Of a stretch of 64,000 nt of DNA, positions 1 to 14,215 are shown piece by piece (the stretch's first letter is position 1; each line of letters starts with the position of its first letter). The DNA is taken from positions 32,860,001-32,924,000 of the forward strand of contig OZ365113.1 in assembly GCA_977030845.1 (NCBI GenBank). Direction: 5' to 3'. A program made the position numbers and the translations under genes. The notes under the pieces are model-generated. The model did not search any database and was not told the DNA's origin. It saw only the letters and a list, made by a program, of their open reading frames with translations. This DNA comes from Fimbriosthenelais zetlandica (lineage: Eukaryota).

Positions 1-141
1 ATCGCTGAGACCGTTACAATAGCGAACCTCATTATCATGGGGTGGTAGCTGCTGTAGTAATTGTTTGATCCTGTATTTCTCTCCTACACTGTTGATGTAT
101 GGTATTTTGTCCTCAGGGAGAGCGCTCATATACTGATGTAC
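1..141 (-). CDS. prickle: prickle coding exon, PET domain (runs off the window edge at position 1)
   Basis: Reverse complement reads ttttcag|GTA CAT CAG TAT ATG AGC GCT CTC CCT GAG GAC AAA ATA CCA TAC..., giving [47 protein letters not shown] (47 codons). This closely matches the Prickle PET domain (cf. human PRICKLE3 [38 protein letters not shown]). Acceptor AG at 143-142 is phase 0, matching the donor at 15905. Confidence 0.98.
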
Positions 142-3100
142 CTGAAAAATAGAAACATTCAGAGTGTTTTAAATTCATCAGAAGATACTTAAGATACTGA
201 TGCATCGATTTGGAGTTAGGGGGTTGACTTTGAATATAAACTCCAGCAAGGTAACATGCACTCAGAGAACCAAGTGACACTATTATAAAATGTTTCTGGA
301 CCTTAACATGGTGTAGCACAGTAGTTCAAAGTACATAATGATTAAAGACATGCTCATATTTAATACATTAAAACTGTAAATTCTGAGTGCAGAAAACATG
401 TTGAACCATGACTGCCACATCAAAATGTAGAGGAAACTTTCAAGTTGAGCATATTAAACTTTAATGCGACCACCAGCACAGTTGGTGCAAATGTACCAAA
501 TTAACCCCAGATTGAGAGAGATGTGGGTGAAATGGTCAGAGTGGCAATTGCATGGCTACCATACCATACGTCATACGGCTTCTGTTCTTGTCATTTTATC
601 ATGAAGTCCACACTCAAAGCGTCCTTTAACCTCCACATGATCCATCAATGACACTTAATATTGGAAAAAGGCGGGCAAACTCAATGTATCACTGAATTGG
701 TCAGCGTCCAAATGACTGTGTATCATTCAGACTAACTTGATTGACTACCTTAAAATGCCTTCATCCCTGCCTACATTTGACTACGCCACAATGCATAGAA
801 CTATGGACAAAATATACCAGCATAACGATTGGAAATGTAGGGGGCAAAAGGTTAAAAGACAGTGTGACCCTACTGGAATTCATGGAATGCACGTTAAATG
901 AATCCGAAAAAAATAATAATAAGACCCATTTGTCCACCTGCACTACATACCTGTATAATAGCAAGGTAGTTTAACGCAGGCCTTCGTTATTTAGATGGAA
1001 ACTAATCCATAATGTTATGAAGTCCTTAAATGATCCATATGAGAGGTATTCAGATTTAACTATGTACAGTATAAGGTAGCACTGTAGAACTCCCCCATAT
1101 ATATGTTTGAGTTCTGGTAGCAATCACTGCTGACACAGGTCATCTTATGCGCAAAATGGTTCAGACAAAGTAGAAGGGGGGTAACACTTAGTGATTTGGG
1201 CACTAATTAATATAGATGCGGGTGGTATAGTGTACAAGGGTTCAATACACTCAAGTGTAGCCTCAAAATAACCCTCCAGACTTAAGATACCCTCAAGATT
1301 TAATAGTGTCCTTTGTGGAGTCCTAAACACAATGTGTAAGCATCTCAGGCTTAAGGAAATAAACAGTTTCTCTTCTCAATGCCATCATTCAGGATGAAGC
1401 ACGTTTGGGACCTATCTCAGTACACATCTCACTCCCACATTGACATTTCAATAGATACAGGGTTGTCCCGAGAAAATATGTTGAATAGGGGTTCTTTTCA
1501 ATGTCCTCTCAACCTGTTATTATTTCAAAAGAAGTATTTAGAATTGCGAGAAAGTTTCAATCGATCGACTCCAGATTACATTGACCACGATGGGCGGTCA
1601 ATGTATTGCCTAATTGTCTGTTGGTAGATGGACCCTTATTTCCGACTACCTGCATACACGCCCAGCTATGCCCTCTGTCAAGGACCGGATGCACTAAAAT
1701 TACAATTGACTTGCAATTTGAAGCTCCAGTCCTATTTTGTGTACCTGAATTTTTATTCTCAGGGCTAAAAGAGTGATACCCCAACATCAAATAAACACAT
1801 ATTTCAGGGCCTTTTCGAATAACTATTTGAATCCATTATGATCCATATTACCAATTTTCCCATTCTCAATTCTAGTAATCTACCAAATACATTGTGAATG
1901 GCTGTGATAGTTTTACTGTGAGATGGTACAGCGTGTTTGTTTCAGAAAGTCTATGGGCACCGACTCCAGTATAGTCACAAATGGGAAGCGATCACAGGGG
2001 AGAATCTCCATTCCCTTCTGCCACCCAACTACCACTTTTTCCCATCGCTTTATTTGTCTATCATTATGAAAAAGTAAACACAGCCAAACGATTTCCTCCC
2101 CTATTCAGGCCGGGCTTTGTACAGCGTATTGATACAGTCATATCAGATGGCACTGATCCATCTTAGGACTACTTCCAGACGCGGCCTCACCCTATTTGAT
2201 TTGTCTTATTATCGCCAATCGGGCGTAGTAATCTGGGAATGCCAAGGCCAGGCAAAGAATCTCTGGGTCTTGGACGTTTCTCTAAGTCATCCATCATCTT
2301 CAGTATTGAACTAGAGACACCTAATTAGTGGGCCTTCACTGGGAGCAGGGCAGACAATACATGACAAGGCAGCATTGTCCCCATGTCATCTGTTATAGAT
2401 TAAAATGAAATCAAAAACTGTTATAGCAAAATATCTTTCTTGTAACTTTTCATAGAATCAATCATCTGGGCACTAATATCTCTAATAAAAGAAGTCAACT
2501 AGACATCTCGTACTCAATTTCAGTCAAAGGGACACGAATTAATACAGAATTCCCAATAACTTCTCTGCTTGAAGGCAATATGCAATAAGAATCAGATTTG
2601 TCCACAATAAGTTCGCAAGGTGAAAGTGATTCCCCATTGACCTGGCATGCTCAAGTACACCACCCATTGCGCATGTGCTATGCATCCGTCGTTCAAAATG
2701 AGCCTGGATCAGTCAGATATGTAAATGCCTTCTCATCGCTTTGACAAGTATCGCACTAAGCATGTCATCCCCAAATACAATTATGAAGATTTCTCTAGAT
2801 CTTGCCCAGCATGCAGTCTGAATCTTGACGATCCGTTGGGATTTGGCTGGCATTGCTGGCGCCCCCTGTGAACCGCTGATGGCGGGCGCCCCCAAGCGAG
2901 ATAAGCTCTAATTATGCCATGTTGTCTTCATGTGAAAACATTGAAATGCGCATGTGCCTCTCATGATGCCACCAAGGCGCTTTTTTATGCGTTGAAACGG
3001 GACGCATTTGCATGCTCGTGGTCAATTTGTTGTGAAAAATGTCCGAGAGTCAGTGCATTTGACCCCGTCAAATAGCGCCAATCAGGGAGGTTTCTTTATG

Positions 3101-6100
3101 CACTGATGCTAATGACATAATGACATAAAGAAAAATACAAAGTGATGTCCAGGAGGATAGATGATCAAACTGGTGAGGCTTGTAAAGGAGAATACAACCA
3201 TGCCGCAGTCAAACCATATGACAGACAAAGAGTTCCAAAGTGTTTTGGAATTTTTCCTTAAAAGTAGGTAAAAGGTCATCTTAAAAGAAGTACAATGGTA
3301 GTTGGACAAGGTAAAGGAAGTCAGTCAACCATTGAACCCAGCACCTGGTCCCAACAGCAGTACCCGAGCAGTCACGATCAAGGACTAAGATCAACTCATA
3401 AATAAGATGTTCATGCCTACTAGCCCAAACCTGGGCGGTCCATCGGGTGCGAGGGTCAAGCATGGAGATAGGTATTAAGTTAATGTTTGGTTGGAGGTTA
3501 ATTAAACCAACTCCCACCTTGATAACACAGCCCCATAGAGATGACCAAAGAGCTGCTCATCCCTGCTCATCAATAACTCATGACTTGCTCTTCAGTCATT
3601 GTCTTCCATCATGGATGACCTTAACTCTAGAATGTATTTTCAACAATCTGAATTTCCTTTTGAATTGAGAGAAACCTAACGAAATTATTGCATTTCTGTA
3701 CAATTCACATTCATTTCCAATGATATTCCTCCCATTCATCAGTATTTTTAGCAAGGATGATAAGCTTCCTGCTTTGTCTTTTATAAGAAGACACGTTCCA
3801 ATTCAATCTATTTTCCCTTTTAGCTCATCGTACTAAATGTCAGAGATATGATCCCCAATTAGTGGACTGCCACTCGGGGTGGCTAGTTAGCTTCAGTGAT
3901 CTATAGTTGTATCTCTCTAACAAAACACGTTGAAGAGCTTCATCTGTGTGCTCCAAGTTGCAGTGTGCCCCACCAGAACTAATCCCACGGTCCCGCCCAT
4001 CAAAGGACGAGCACATTAAGAAGCGGTCATAAGTTTGAGTGTTGATCTCTCTTCTGACAGTTAGTAGGCTGGCCAATATGGATTCCCATTGTTATCTTAA
4101 GTCAGAAGACGAGTGGGAATGGTGGGCGAAACAAAAGAGACGCGCAGACAACATTTGGGTGGGAGTCAAAGTTCACTCGCTCTCCGCGGAGGGGCGTGGC
4201 ACACTCACAATCGGCCAACTCTGGCCAATGGTCATCTCCAGGCAGCTCATTGGGGAAAAGAGGGGGAAAGGGGTCCTCTTATAACTCATATGATCTGATG
4301 AAAATCTTGGGTAAATGTAGAGAAATGCCTCAGTGAAGGAGCAAACAGAAATTGAAACAAAACATTGGGGTGGATGTGAGGTCAAGAAGACAAGCAGGGT
4401 GAAAAGGGAAAAGGAAAGGGAAGCGGGTTGAAGGCTCTTAATTATGTGCCTGTCGGTAGTGACTGACTCAATCTCATTAAGAATGGTCCATTCTTTAACT
4501 GACCTGTCCAGCCGTGATTAAATGACCATTGGCTGGGAATCACTCTCGGGGGACGCGCAATGATCCACGATATGATCTTCTAGGTCAGCGCAAGAGACCT
4601 GACCAACTCTCCCCAGCCTCACTCTTTGGTGCCAATTGTCAGTCTTATCTACTATTATTGTTCTCAATATGGGGACCTCTTTGTCTGTAATGTGAATACT
4701 GGCCGCTTAATTAGCAGGACCTATGCATTTTACCTCTTTTCCCCTAAATACCCCTCTACACGAAACATTACTGGTTTATTCATGAGGTATATTCATCAAT
4801 GTCCCATCCCGTTAATGGACCACTTCAAAGGATGGTACATCTGACTAATGAACAGCACTTAGAGCAATTAGTCCTATATCAGCGGAAATTCATGTGGTTT
4901 GTAATTAATGTAAATTTAAATTGTTAAATTTGTCTAGTGGAGAAATTGGTCTCGGTTCTCCAATTTTCATTTACTTTCTGTGAAAGTAAGCTATTTCAAT
5001 CCACTTATCATCTTCCTTTTCCTATCCAAAAGAATGCAAAGAACAGAAGAAAACACAAATGACAATAATGCATGTCAGTTGCATGTAAAATAATCCCGGA
5101 GAAATCAGATCTGAACATTGTTCCATTATCACGTTTCCAGAATGAGAACAATTTTTGGTGACAAAGCCCTCACACTGCCCCATCATTGTCATGGTGCGGC
5201 CAGCTATCGTCCTCATCTCGAGGTCTCTCGGTTATCATCACGTGACCAATAACCAGCACCCATTAGCCAGTGTCTGATATTCATACATTCACCATCGTTT
5301 ATGCTTATTAAGTCGACTGTACAGCGAGGACCATAGAAAGTCAGGTCTTCCCGATGCATGGCAGATGGTATCGGTCTGTCGTTGCGTCACTGCAAAACGA
5401 CAGGACACTTGAGCGCGCCATAGAGACGGGCTCTTTTACTTGTCTCTCATTTATTCTTATTGTGGTAGGGAGGTGAAGGGACGGAAGCATTTCTCTTGTC
5501 GTCATGACAACCTCTTCGTATCAGTCTCAATCACCTGGTTTCTATGGAGGCATTAGAGCACACCTGGTGAATGAAGCTCTCGAAAACCAACTGACTGTTT
5601 TAATAAATTCAAATGGAAGCAATAAATCAACCATTGCCATTCAGATCATCCATTGAGATTAATTTTAACGTTTCCTACCCACATGGCAAACCAAGGTAGT
5701 TTTAAATTTAAAAAATATGATCAAATAATTACATAAAGGCTTACAATAGTCTATTACTGTTGAGGATGAATTGTGTTTACTTGTACTTCACAGATGCCTG
5801 TCTGTAGTCAGGGCCAGTATAGAGACCACTCATTGGTCGAGCACACCGCCAACACGTGCTTAACACCTATCCTTTGCCTTTCTACCAGCTGCCCTATAAT
5901 GACTATAGCTATAGGCCTGGCATAAATGATATGCTCCACCCACCTATCATCCACACACCTGGAATGCAGACACTTCACGTCTTAAAACTTCTGAAGGGCA
6001 ATTATTTAATTCTAATTTTCAAAAGATTATAACCCCAAGCGATGCCAACAAAGGCAAGAGGAAAATGCTAATTCACAAGAGATAACATGGCTCGATTTTG

Positions 6101-6318
6101 TATACCAAACTTATTACCGTATAGATTTTTTTTTCTGTATCTGCAGAAAAGCAATGTTTCATGGTTGAATCGGTCTATCTCACGGCTTTTACTGTTAACT
6201 GAGGCTCAATATGGACCCACCACAGGGCAAAGTTGAGGGCTACTGCATTCTTAAATTTGGATTTCATTCGCCAAGCACTCAGAGCAAGCAGAAAACTTCT
6301 TATATTAAGTTTTTTTAG

Positions 6319-6350
6319 AACTGTAACCTCTAAAACTGTAACCTCTAAAA
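6319..6350. repeat. tandem duplication, 15-nt unit x2
   Basis: aactgtaacctctaa repeated directly. Confidence 0.9.
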
Positions 6351-9300
6351 TAATTTAACTATGGGCATTTGGACTATGAGGTAACAAGCCCTTGTTTCCC
6401 CTGGGGCTCGGGCAATTTAGATCAGACCAGCACAATAGCTACGATCAAGTTATGAAATCTTGACAAGATCTCACAGTCAAACACATCTTTGCCATTCCAG
6501 CCTATCTCATTCATCAGACCTGCCAAGTCAAAGCACCCCTGCTGTGTGTTGGGTAACCAACTCGCAGTTAACGATTCTTCAAGATCATAAGATCCATTCT
6601 CTCCTTGCTTTTATAGACAAACCAGGGCATTTGAAGCCCTCTATATGGCTTAGAGTAACCCTGTACAGGTGACACCTAGCACTCTATACACACACCGTGA
6701 CAGATATGTCCCTAGGTAAGACACCGAGGCATTGTTAGTTGAATGGCAGGTTTGATTACTGATGACAGAGAATCTGTATAGGAGACCTCAATGTTACAGT
6801 GAGGGCGAGGAGAGTTGACAGTCTTGGTACTCCCTCAAACACTGACAGTATCTCTCATCAACTCCCAGAATCAGGTTTCACATTTTTTTCAATAATCAAT
6901 GGCTTGTGATAGGCGAGTAATTGTATTCTTTATCAGGAGTAAACTGATAGCTTATACTCAGTCATTATTGACAGCAATCAGAATCTCAATCGCCAAGTTA
7001 AATCCTAAAGACTTGAATTTGAATTACTTTCTACTGTCCTTTAATTTATCAAAGATTAAATCATCACCAAGAACAAATCAACCATTTTCTATCAAAGTTT
7101 GTTTCTTAAATACAAATATTCTAAGGAGACAATTGATCTGAACTTACTAACAATCAATAAGGACTTTTGGTATAAACCCTTGTCGTCCCCTCATGATGTC
7201 TATAACAGTTAGAATGACATCACATTAGCCTTCGTGACATTTGGTCATGTGATCCAACAAATCTGATAATGAGGCTAGCAATGGGACCACGTGACCATAA
7301 GAGGAGAGGTGCCATCTGGTGTCTGCCGCGTGTAATCACCGGAGGAGGACAAAGTGTTTAATTAATGGAACAATATTGGGGTTAATGAAGAGCAGGTCTA
7401 GCTCTGGGTCAGAGAGGAAGTAGTTATAACGAAAGGCTTCATTTCACTTCTAAACTTATACACATTTCATGTTCCGTTTCAAATGTATAAAAGACCCTTT
7501 TGCTGTGGAATATTTTCGTTCTTAGCTTCTGTTTTGCTTCTGTAATTATTTAGGCCCATATATATCGGCCCAATGGGGAAAATCTGTATTTATAACGTTC
7601 TCATGCAGGCACAGATATAATATGATTGGCATTCAGCCCACCAACGTTAACTATGAAATATGTTGCTTCCTCCGACATTTCCAATATCCACCTCTCCATC
7701 TTACATAACCCACACTCCGTGAGAAGCGGAGTAATTAATATGTGACATTCGACCTACTTCCCACATCAATCAGGAAGATATAGATGCTTAATCTGAGCCT
7801 GGATCAGCACAGCCTAATCCCGTTAATCCTCGGCGAGATTTCAAAAATACCACAGACGTGTCAATGTGGCAACAGAGCCAATAGGGAGGCATTGCCGTGA
7901 ATACATCAAATGGAAACGTGGTGAGCGCTTTAGCATGCAAGTTCACAGGTCCTCCTTTTATTTCTATGAGGTTAAAAGAAATATTCTCATTAATATGAGT
8001 TATGGGGAGTTAATAAATCAATTGTATGAGTAAAGGCTCGTGAGGTATGCCATATTGACCTGCTTATTCTCATTATCTTTATTACTTGTTTTTTATTTCC
8101 CCAGCTGATGCACGGGGACACATATTTTATCCCCGGGACACTTGCTCATTTCCTTCCTATAAATCAAGGAAAGTAAGAATCAAACTTCGAGCTTTGCAGA
8201 TTTTCCCGCATGGATGTATCCTATATTGTATGCACAATTGTAAAATGGAGAAATAGTGAAACCCTTTTATTTAACAGCTCGCCAGGTGTGTGACTTGTGT
8301 GCATCATCCACGCACCATCTGCTTACAGAGCTATTATTTTGGTCCATCAGTAGTTTTTCTGTGCGTCCAACTTCAATTTTAAATGAGGAACTGAAGTATT
8401 AGATATCAGATACAATCTGTAGCCTAGTTAGAAGCTCTCTAGAGCACAGAACTACAAATTAAATGCATAAAGCAATTAATTCCAGACTACGATACTTGTA
8501 ATAACTATATTTAAAGTAATTCAGCCCCCAGTAGATTAAAGCTTAGGATAAGAGTACTTACGTCATGTTCACAAATTGGAAGTACTAAAATCGATATTTT
8601 CCCTAACTATAAATCAATGTAATAAACGGTATGGCAAATGAAAGCATACCTTCCGCCTGTGAGGGTACTCAGTTGGAATAAGTCTTCTTCTAGCTGACCT
8701 CATGTATCCATTTTATCCTTGACTTTCACATAATCTCACAATAAATGTTGTATCCATGGAATCATTGCCCACACAGGTATGAACTATGGGCTCTTAGTCA
8801 TCACAACAAACCATCTTCAAGCTGAAGAAAAAACCACTGAAGAGTTCCCATTAATGGGTAAAAAGTATCAACATGTTTTCGCCATTTCTGGCTGAATGTC
8901 GCGCAGACACGTGCTGCTTAGGGCCATTAAACACCTGTACAAGGTTTGGCTGATGATAATAAACAGTCCTCCACTGAACCGTGTACATGTACTCCTTTTA
9001 TGAGCCATCGGCAACAAATGCGTCTATTGAAACCAACAGCTTCGGTTCCATTGGTGAGAAATCTTGAGGAGGAAAGCTCTCACAGAGCAAGATAACCGCG
9101 AAGAATGCTCCTCGGCGTTTTCTTGGTGCTTATCCAAGTACAATCATTAGTGGAATGAGATAAGAAAGAATACTCAAAATAGAGATAGACTACAGAGGAC
9201 ACGCTCCAAAGCATCCCTCCATGTTCTGGCCAGTGTGCCAAGAAGTGGAAGGCCTACCTTTCTAAAGCGTTCCAAACCCTTTCACCAAATGGCTATAAGC

Positions 9301-12300
9301 TATTCCGTGGTAAATGTTAATTTATTGCCAGTCCAATTACCCTCGAAAGGAGGTATAGTCTTATTTTTGAGATATTAAATTTTCATCAAGGAAGGTTTAG
9401 CCTATTTGGAAAATACCCAGAGGTTACTAAACTCCGACATGAGATCTAGGCCTATTCCCTGATAGGTCGATGTTTGAATAATAAAAGGAAAGGGCAATTT
9501 TGCTTTATTTCAATCACGATCTGCTCGGGTTATAAAACGGGAAATATAGTACAAACGAAATTTGCATTTGACCCTGGGGAAATATTCATCGATTGACTCG
9601 CATGGCTGCCTCCCTAATCTTGCTTTGTCATGCACGTTTTGTGTCTCGCCCCGCGATTGGAAGTTGGGAGCGTGTGCGCAGGAGTCGATCTCGCAGCGCG
9701 TCACGTGCTGACGAGATTGTCCGAGAGCGGGACGAGATATTGTGACTTGTGTCAGGAAGTGACTATTGTTTGAGAGGGGCTCACCATTTAAAAAGGTGCT
9801 TCTGTTCCTAATTCTGAGCGCTCTCCCAAATAAAAGAAAGGGTTCATTCAAAGGGTGTAAATAGCCCATGGAACAAGGCGTTAACCGTGGGTGGAGCGGG
9901 ACAGGGAGATTAGAGGAGACAGGCTATTATCTATAATTGATGAAGGAATTGTAGGAACTTCTTTCACATGTTCAACACTCATGCTTTCATATAAATTCTT
10001 AATACTGTATGTTGTGTTGAAATGTACCAAAAAGCTCACTTTTACTTTCTAATATTATCATATTCAATGTGACAATATGGTTTAAACTGTCAGGGCATAG
10101 CCTAGGCAGCCTAGGCAGGGGAGGTAGCATATTTCACCAGGAGATTACATGAGTTTCCCTTATAGCAAGGTAAGCACTGTCCTTGGAGCTTATTCGGGGA
10201 GGTTCGGCAGTTCGTAGCCTATTATAAAAGGTGGAGCAAGTGAACTTTTCTTTGTCTAACAATCAGGTCAGTGACAGTGCTGTGAAGACAAATCAACAAT
10301 ACTCGTCCTTTCTTGTCTCTATCTATCCAGGAAGGTATTATCCCTCCTGACATTTTGTCTCTATTAATTAGCTGATTATCTCCTTTGAAGTCCATGAGAA
10401 AAATGACAACTAGAAGGAAGGAAAGACAAGATAGAAATGTACCACTCTAGCTAAACAGCCATATTTGCTGCACCTCGGGTAGGCTACTAGCTTTCAAATA
10501 AGATTTATCTGAGACGCTTGTACCCGACTTTCTCAATTTGTTATTATAACTGATGGGCTAGTTGACATCAGTTGTTGAGTTATGGCTCATATATTTACTA
10601 AGTGGAGACTAGTCTAAGTACCCCACATGTTGGACATATGTCTAATTGGACTTTTTAGCTATACATCTCCCATTTTTATCTTACATTTTTGTTTTGGGAT
10701 ATCCTAATTGATGCCCGAGGCATATTGCTGCATGAACATAGCCACAGTTGGAAAATTTGTTCAGCAGATTTATGGACCATATTTTGATCAATAGTTATTT
10801 CGTGGTGCGGTAAAGTAGCATCAAATTTTCAGCCTGGAGGGTAATGATCCTGCTAGCCGAGGCAGCTACTGGAAATATTAAGTAACATTATAGGAAAATG
10901 TCATTCTTGCCATCACTGCTGAGTATTAGTATTCTTTTTTTCCCCGATATACTTTTTAAATTTTTATCACGCAGGAAACAGGTGTTATACTGACAGCAGT
11001 TTCCACAGCAACAGGTAAGACAAATTACTCGCACTTTTTTATAAGTTAACCGTCAAAGTTGGAAAGGTTGCTCTAAACAACCATGGTACGCACGTCATGC
11101 TTTTTGTTCCTTCCAACAACAATCATCAAGAAAAATTCTCCAAGTTCACTTCCTACAATAATAAAACTAGTGGAAATAAATGTCTTTAGTATAAAGGGAA
11201 ACATCCGAAACAAAAAGTTCGAATGAGAAAAACACATTTCTATAAGCTTTGACACTCACTGGGATAAACTAATATAGTGTCCTATCATATGGACTGCTGG
11301 CTTTATATTACAAGATGAGCAATGTCCAGAACAAGTATCCATGTATCTCTTTTCATCAACGGAAACGCCCCCCTAAACGCCCATATATTTCAACCCAAAC
11401 ATATATTCTATGATAACTGACATTTCCTTGTCATTTCCAAGCCTCCACTAATGTAAAGGTACAAATTCCTCATTGCATGAATGGCCAATCAAAGTGCAGT
11501 AAATCTTTACATTAGACCTGGTTTAGATAAACATAATAGTGTAAGACCTCACTTAACATAACAAAGATGATTTACTCCAACATTTTCGGTGATAAAATCT
11601 AAGATCCAGAAATCAGTAGACAGGGGAGGTAGTATTAACAGCCCAAAGCTGGGATCCCTACCCGCTGACCTTCACCTTGTTTAAATGACCTCGAGAAACA
11701 GATCCTTTAAAACCGTTGCCTCCCGCTGACAGATACACTACTCAAAAGGTGTGGCTGTCTAAGGCCCTCCGCCAATCCATCACATAGCACCTGTAATCGC
11801 CTTACTCCATATAGTAGCAAATTATCACCATTAACACATGGTGACGCCTCTAATACATGACCTGGCGTCACTTTTCTGTGACGGATGCGTCACGCTTTGG
11901 GATGAAGCTCCTTGGCTTGAATGAGGACTTAACTTAATACATGGAGAAATAAAAAACTTCGGAACTTTGGAAGACTTTCACTGATGCACTACATGTTATA
12001 GAAACGGGGTATTTTTAACTTTTAATATTCTCTTATGTAAATATTCCAGAAACAGCTACCTGAAAATACACTTGTTTAGTTGTAATGGTTTATGTAAAGT
12101 GCTGAAAGAAATAATTTTTAAAAAAAGCGTCTACATTTCCAATTTTCCTCTACGGGTATATTTTAAATCGACTCAAATCAAGGCAGTAATAATTCATGGA
12201 GTTTACATTAAATGAATATTATAATGATGTAATTGTATCCCTTCCAGCAGAGGTCATGCTGAGGGAAAGTAGAAGGCGACATGTGATCCATGGTGGAGTG

Positions 12301-13348
12301 TGATAGATTGGTTTAGTGGGGACAGACTGAGAGGAGCGGCCGGGGTTTCACTTTCACTGTAAGGTCATTGGTCAGTTTAACCAGGCTTGGGTTTCTTATA
12401 AGCTGAGGACAATTCCCCAGATCTATGGTCAAGCTTTTGTCTGTGGTGTTGATGGTGTGAAGTCTTTGTCCCCTAAGGGAAAGGCATGATGATGTATCTC
12501 ATAGCACAAACTCTATCTACCCTTAGGAAATAGCAATATCGCTTCAGCCTCTGAGTTATCATCTAATTTCTGCTCATCCGATACATAGCTATAGCCTGGC
12601 TTCCTTATCAAATTCATTTATAGACAATAGTTTGTCGGAAAATGCAATGTAGAAAGACTATCCCAACAAGGCTTCTTCAATGGTTTTGGTAGATTTATTT
12701 GAGTTTATTAAATTTTGCTGATTATAGCTTAGAGTAAAATGATTTTACTCTAAGATTATAGCCTACATTTGAAAAGGTTATATAATTTTCAGCCTTAATA
12801 TAAGATTTGTTTCAGAGGCAAGAAATTAACCATTAAAAATAAATCTTTGCATGACCGGACATATCATCAAAAGAAAGCTGTGAATGCCTCCCCCTCCTCA
12901 GAGGTCTTTAACAGTAAGCACCCCCATTTTGCATGTCTTAGAAGTGACACCCCACGTGGAGATAGTGGTGTATGGGTGGTGTGTAGGTTCTAAGGTTATC
13001 ACTAGCCACCAGTGGGGGACCTCCTCTCACTGTCATCATGTACGCCCTACCCCAGCTACATAACAACCAATACAAGATCCACTATAGCCAGCCTGACAAT
13101 GACCCATAGTTCCTCTAACCTTAATTCACGTAGCTGTGATGAAAAGGGCATAACGGTTCACTTGTTACATTCCCAATACCCGGGGGTATAGGTATGTCTG
13201 ACCCCTCCAGAGGTTTGACCTCTTGGGGTCAAGGTGTATTACCAAAGATTCCACAGAAAATACATTGGGAGAAATGACCCCTATATCAGGTAGCATTTCA
13301 ATCCAAGCAAAAAATATCAAGGCCCTATTTGCTTATACTTAATCCAAT

Positions 13349-13401
13349 GGGAAAAACTATGATCGGGGCAGGGAAAAACTATGATCGGGGCAGGGAAAAA
13401 C
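13349..13401. repeat. tandem repeat, 22-nt unit x2.4
   Basis: gggaaaaactatgatcggggca x2 plus a partial third copy. Confidence 0.95.
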
Positions 13402-14172
13402 AAATGAAGATTCCCATTAAACATGTGTTGTGAAATGATACCCTCATAGAAGCAGGCTTCATTGTTACATCAAACCTTATTTATGTTTCACCTCGTATTT
13501 ACCCAGGTTCTGGCATCAAACATGAGTAATCGACCTACCTCCCAGACTTGTGGGTTGGCCACACATTTCCAGCCCATGATATCTCCCGTTTCTTTCCAAA
13601 TCAACGCAGCTGGGACCAAAGATACCTTATGTTAACCTAATATCCACCCAACACCACTCTCCCACCGGCCGCCCAGTACACTATTGACAGGTTCGCCCAC
13701 TATTTACACAAGTTCAATCATCCTTCTCTTTCAATGGGGGAAAAGCGCTTGCACACCTCGTAACAAGAGAAGACCACATCAAACGCAGAAAGTTATCTCT
13801 TTTCTCAGCGGCGCGAGAAAAAACAAGCTCTGCGAGGAGAGGGGGCTTTTTATGCACGCTTTTTCCCGTGCAGGCGCGGCCTATTCCTTTGTGGCGGTGT
13901 GAATTTTGATGAAGGCTTTGTTTTGCAATTACCCCCACAAGGGTTAATCTCATTAAGGTCTGGCCAGGTGGGCTGATGCTTCAAAGGTAGATAGGTAAAC
14001 GTAGACAGGGCTATTGGTGATTAAAGCCCATCCCTGTCACCCGGAGTTAACATGACAATAGAGTGGGGGGAGAGAGGCGCCTGGCTATGGTCAACATGGG
14101 CCGTCTGGTGGTCAGTGTGTATGATGGCTCACTGTCCACATGTGACTATGACAGAGACATAAGATACTGACC

Positions 14173-14215
14173 TGTACAGGGTACCAGGGTAACTTGTACA
14201 GGGTGCCAGGGTAAC
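14173..14215. repeat. tandem duplication, 22-nt unit x2
   Basis: tgtacagggtaccagggtaact / tgtacagggtgccagggtaac (one mismatch). Confidence 0.9.

Noticed and set aside
945-985. CAG|GTATGT with a modest pyrimidine tract (possible recursive site)
   Set aside because: Weak tract, short AG-free zone, and only about 0.8 kb from the next exon.
7718-7765. Inverted Su(H)/CSL sites CGTGAGAA ... TTCCCACA
   Set aside because: Spacer is 32 nt; functional paired sites need about 15-17 nt.
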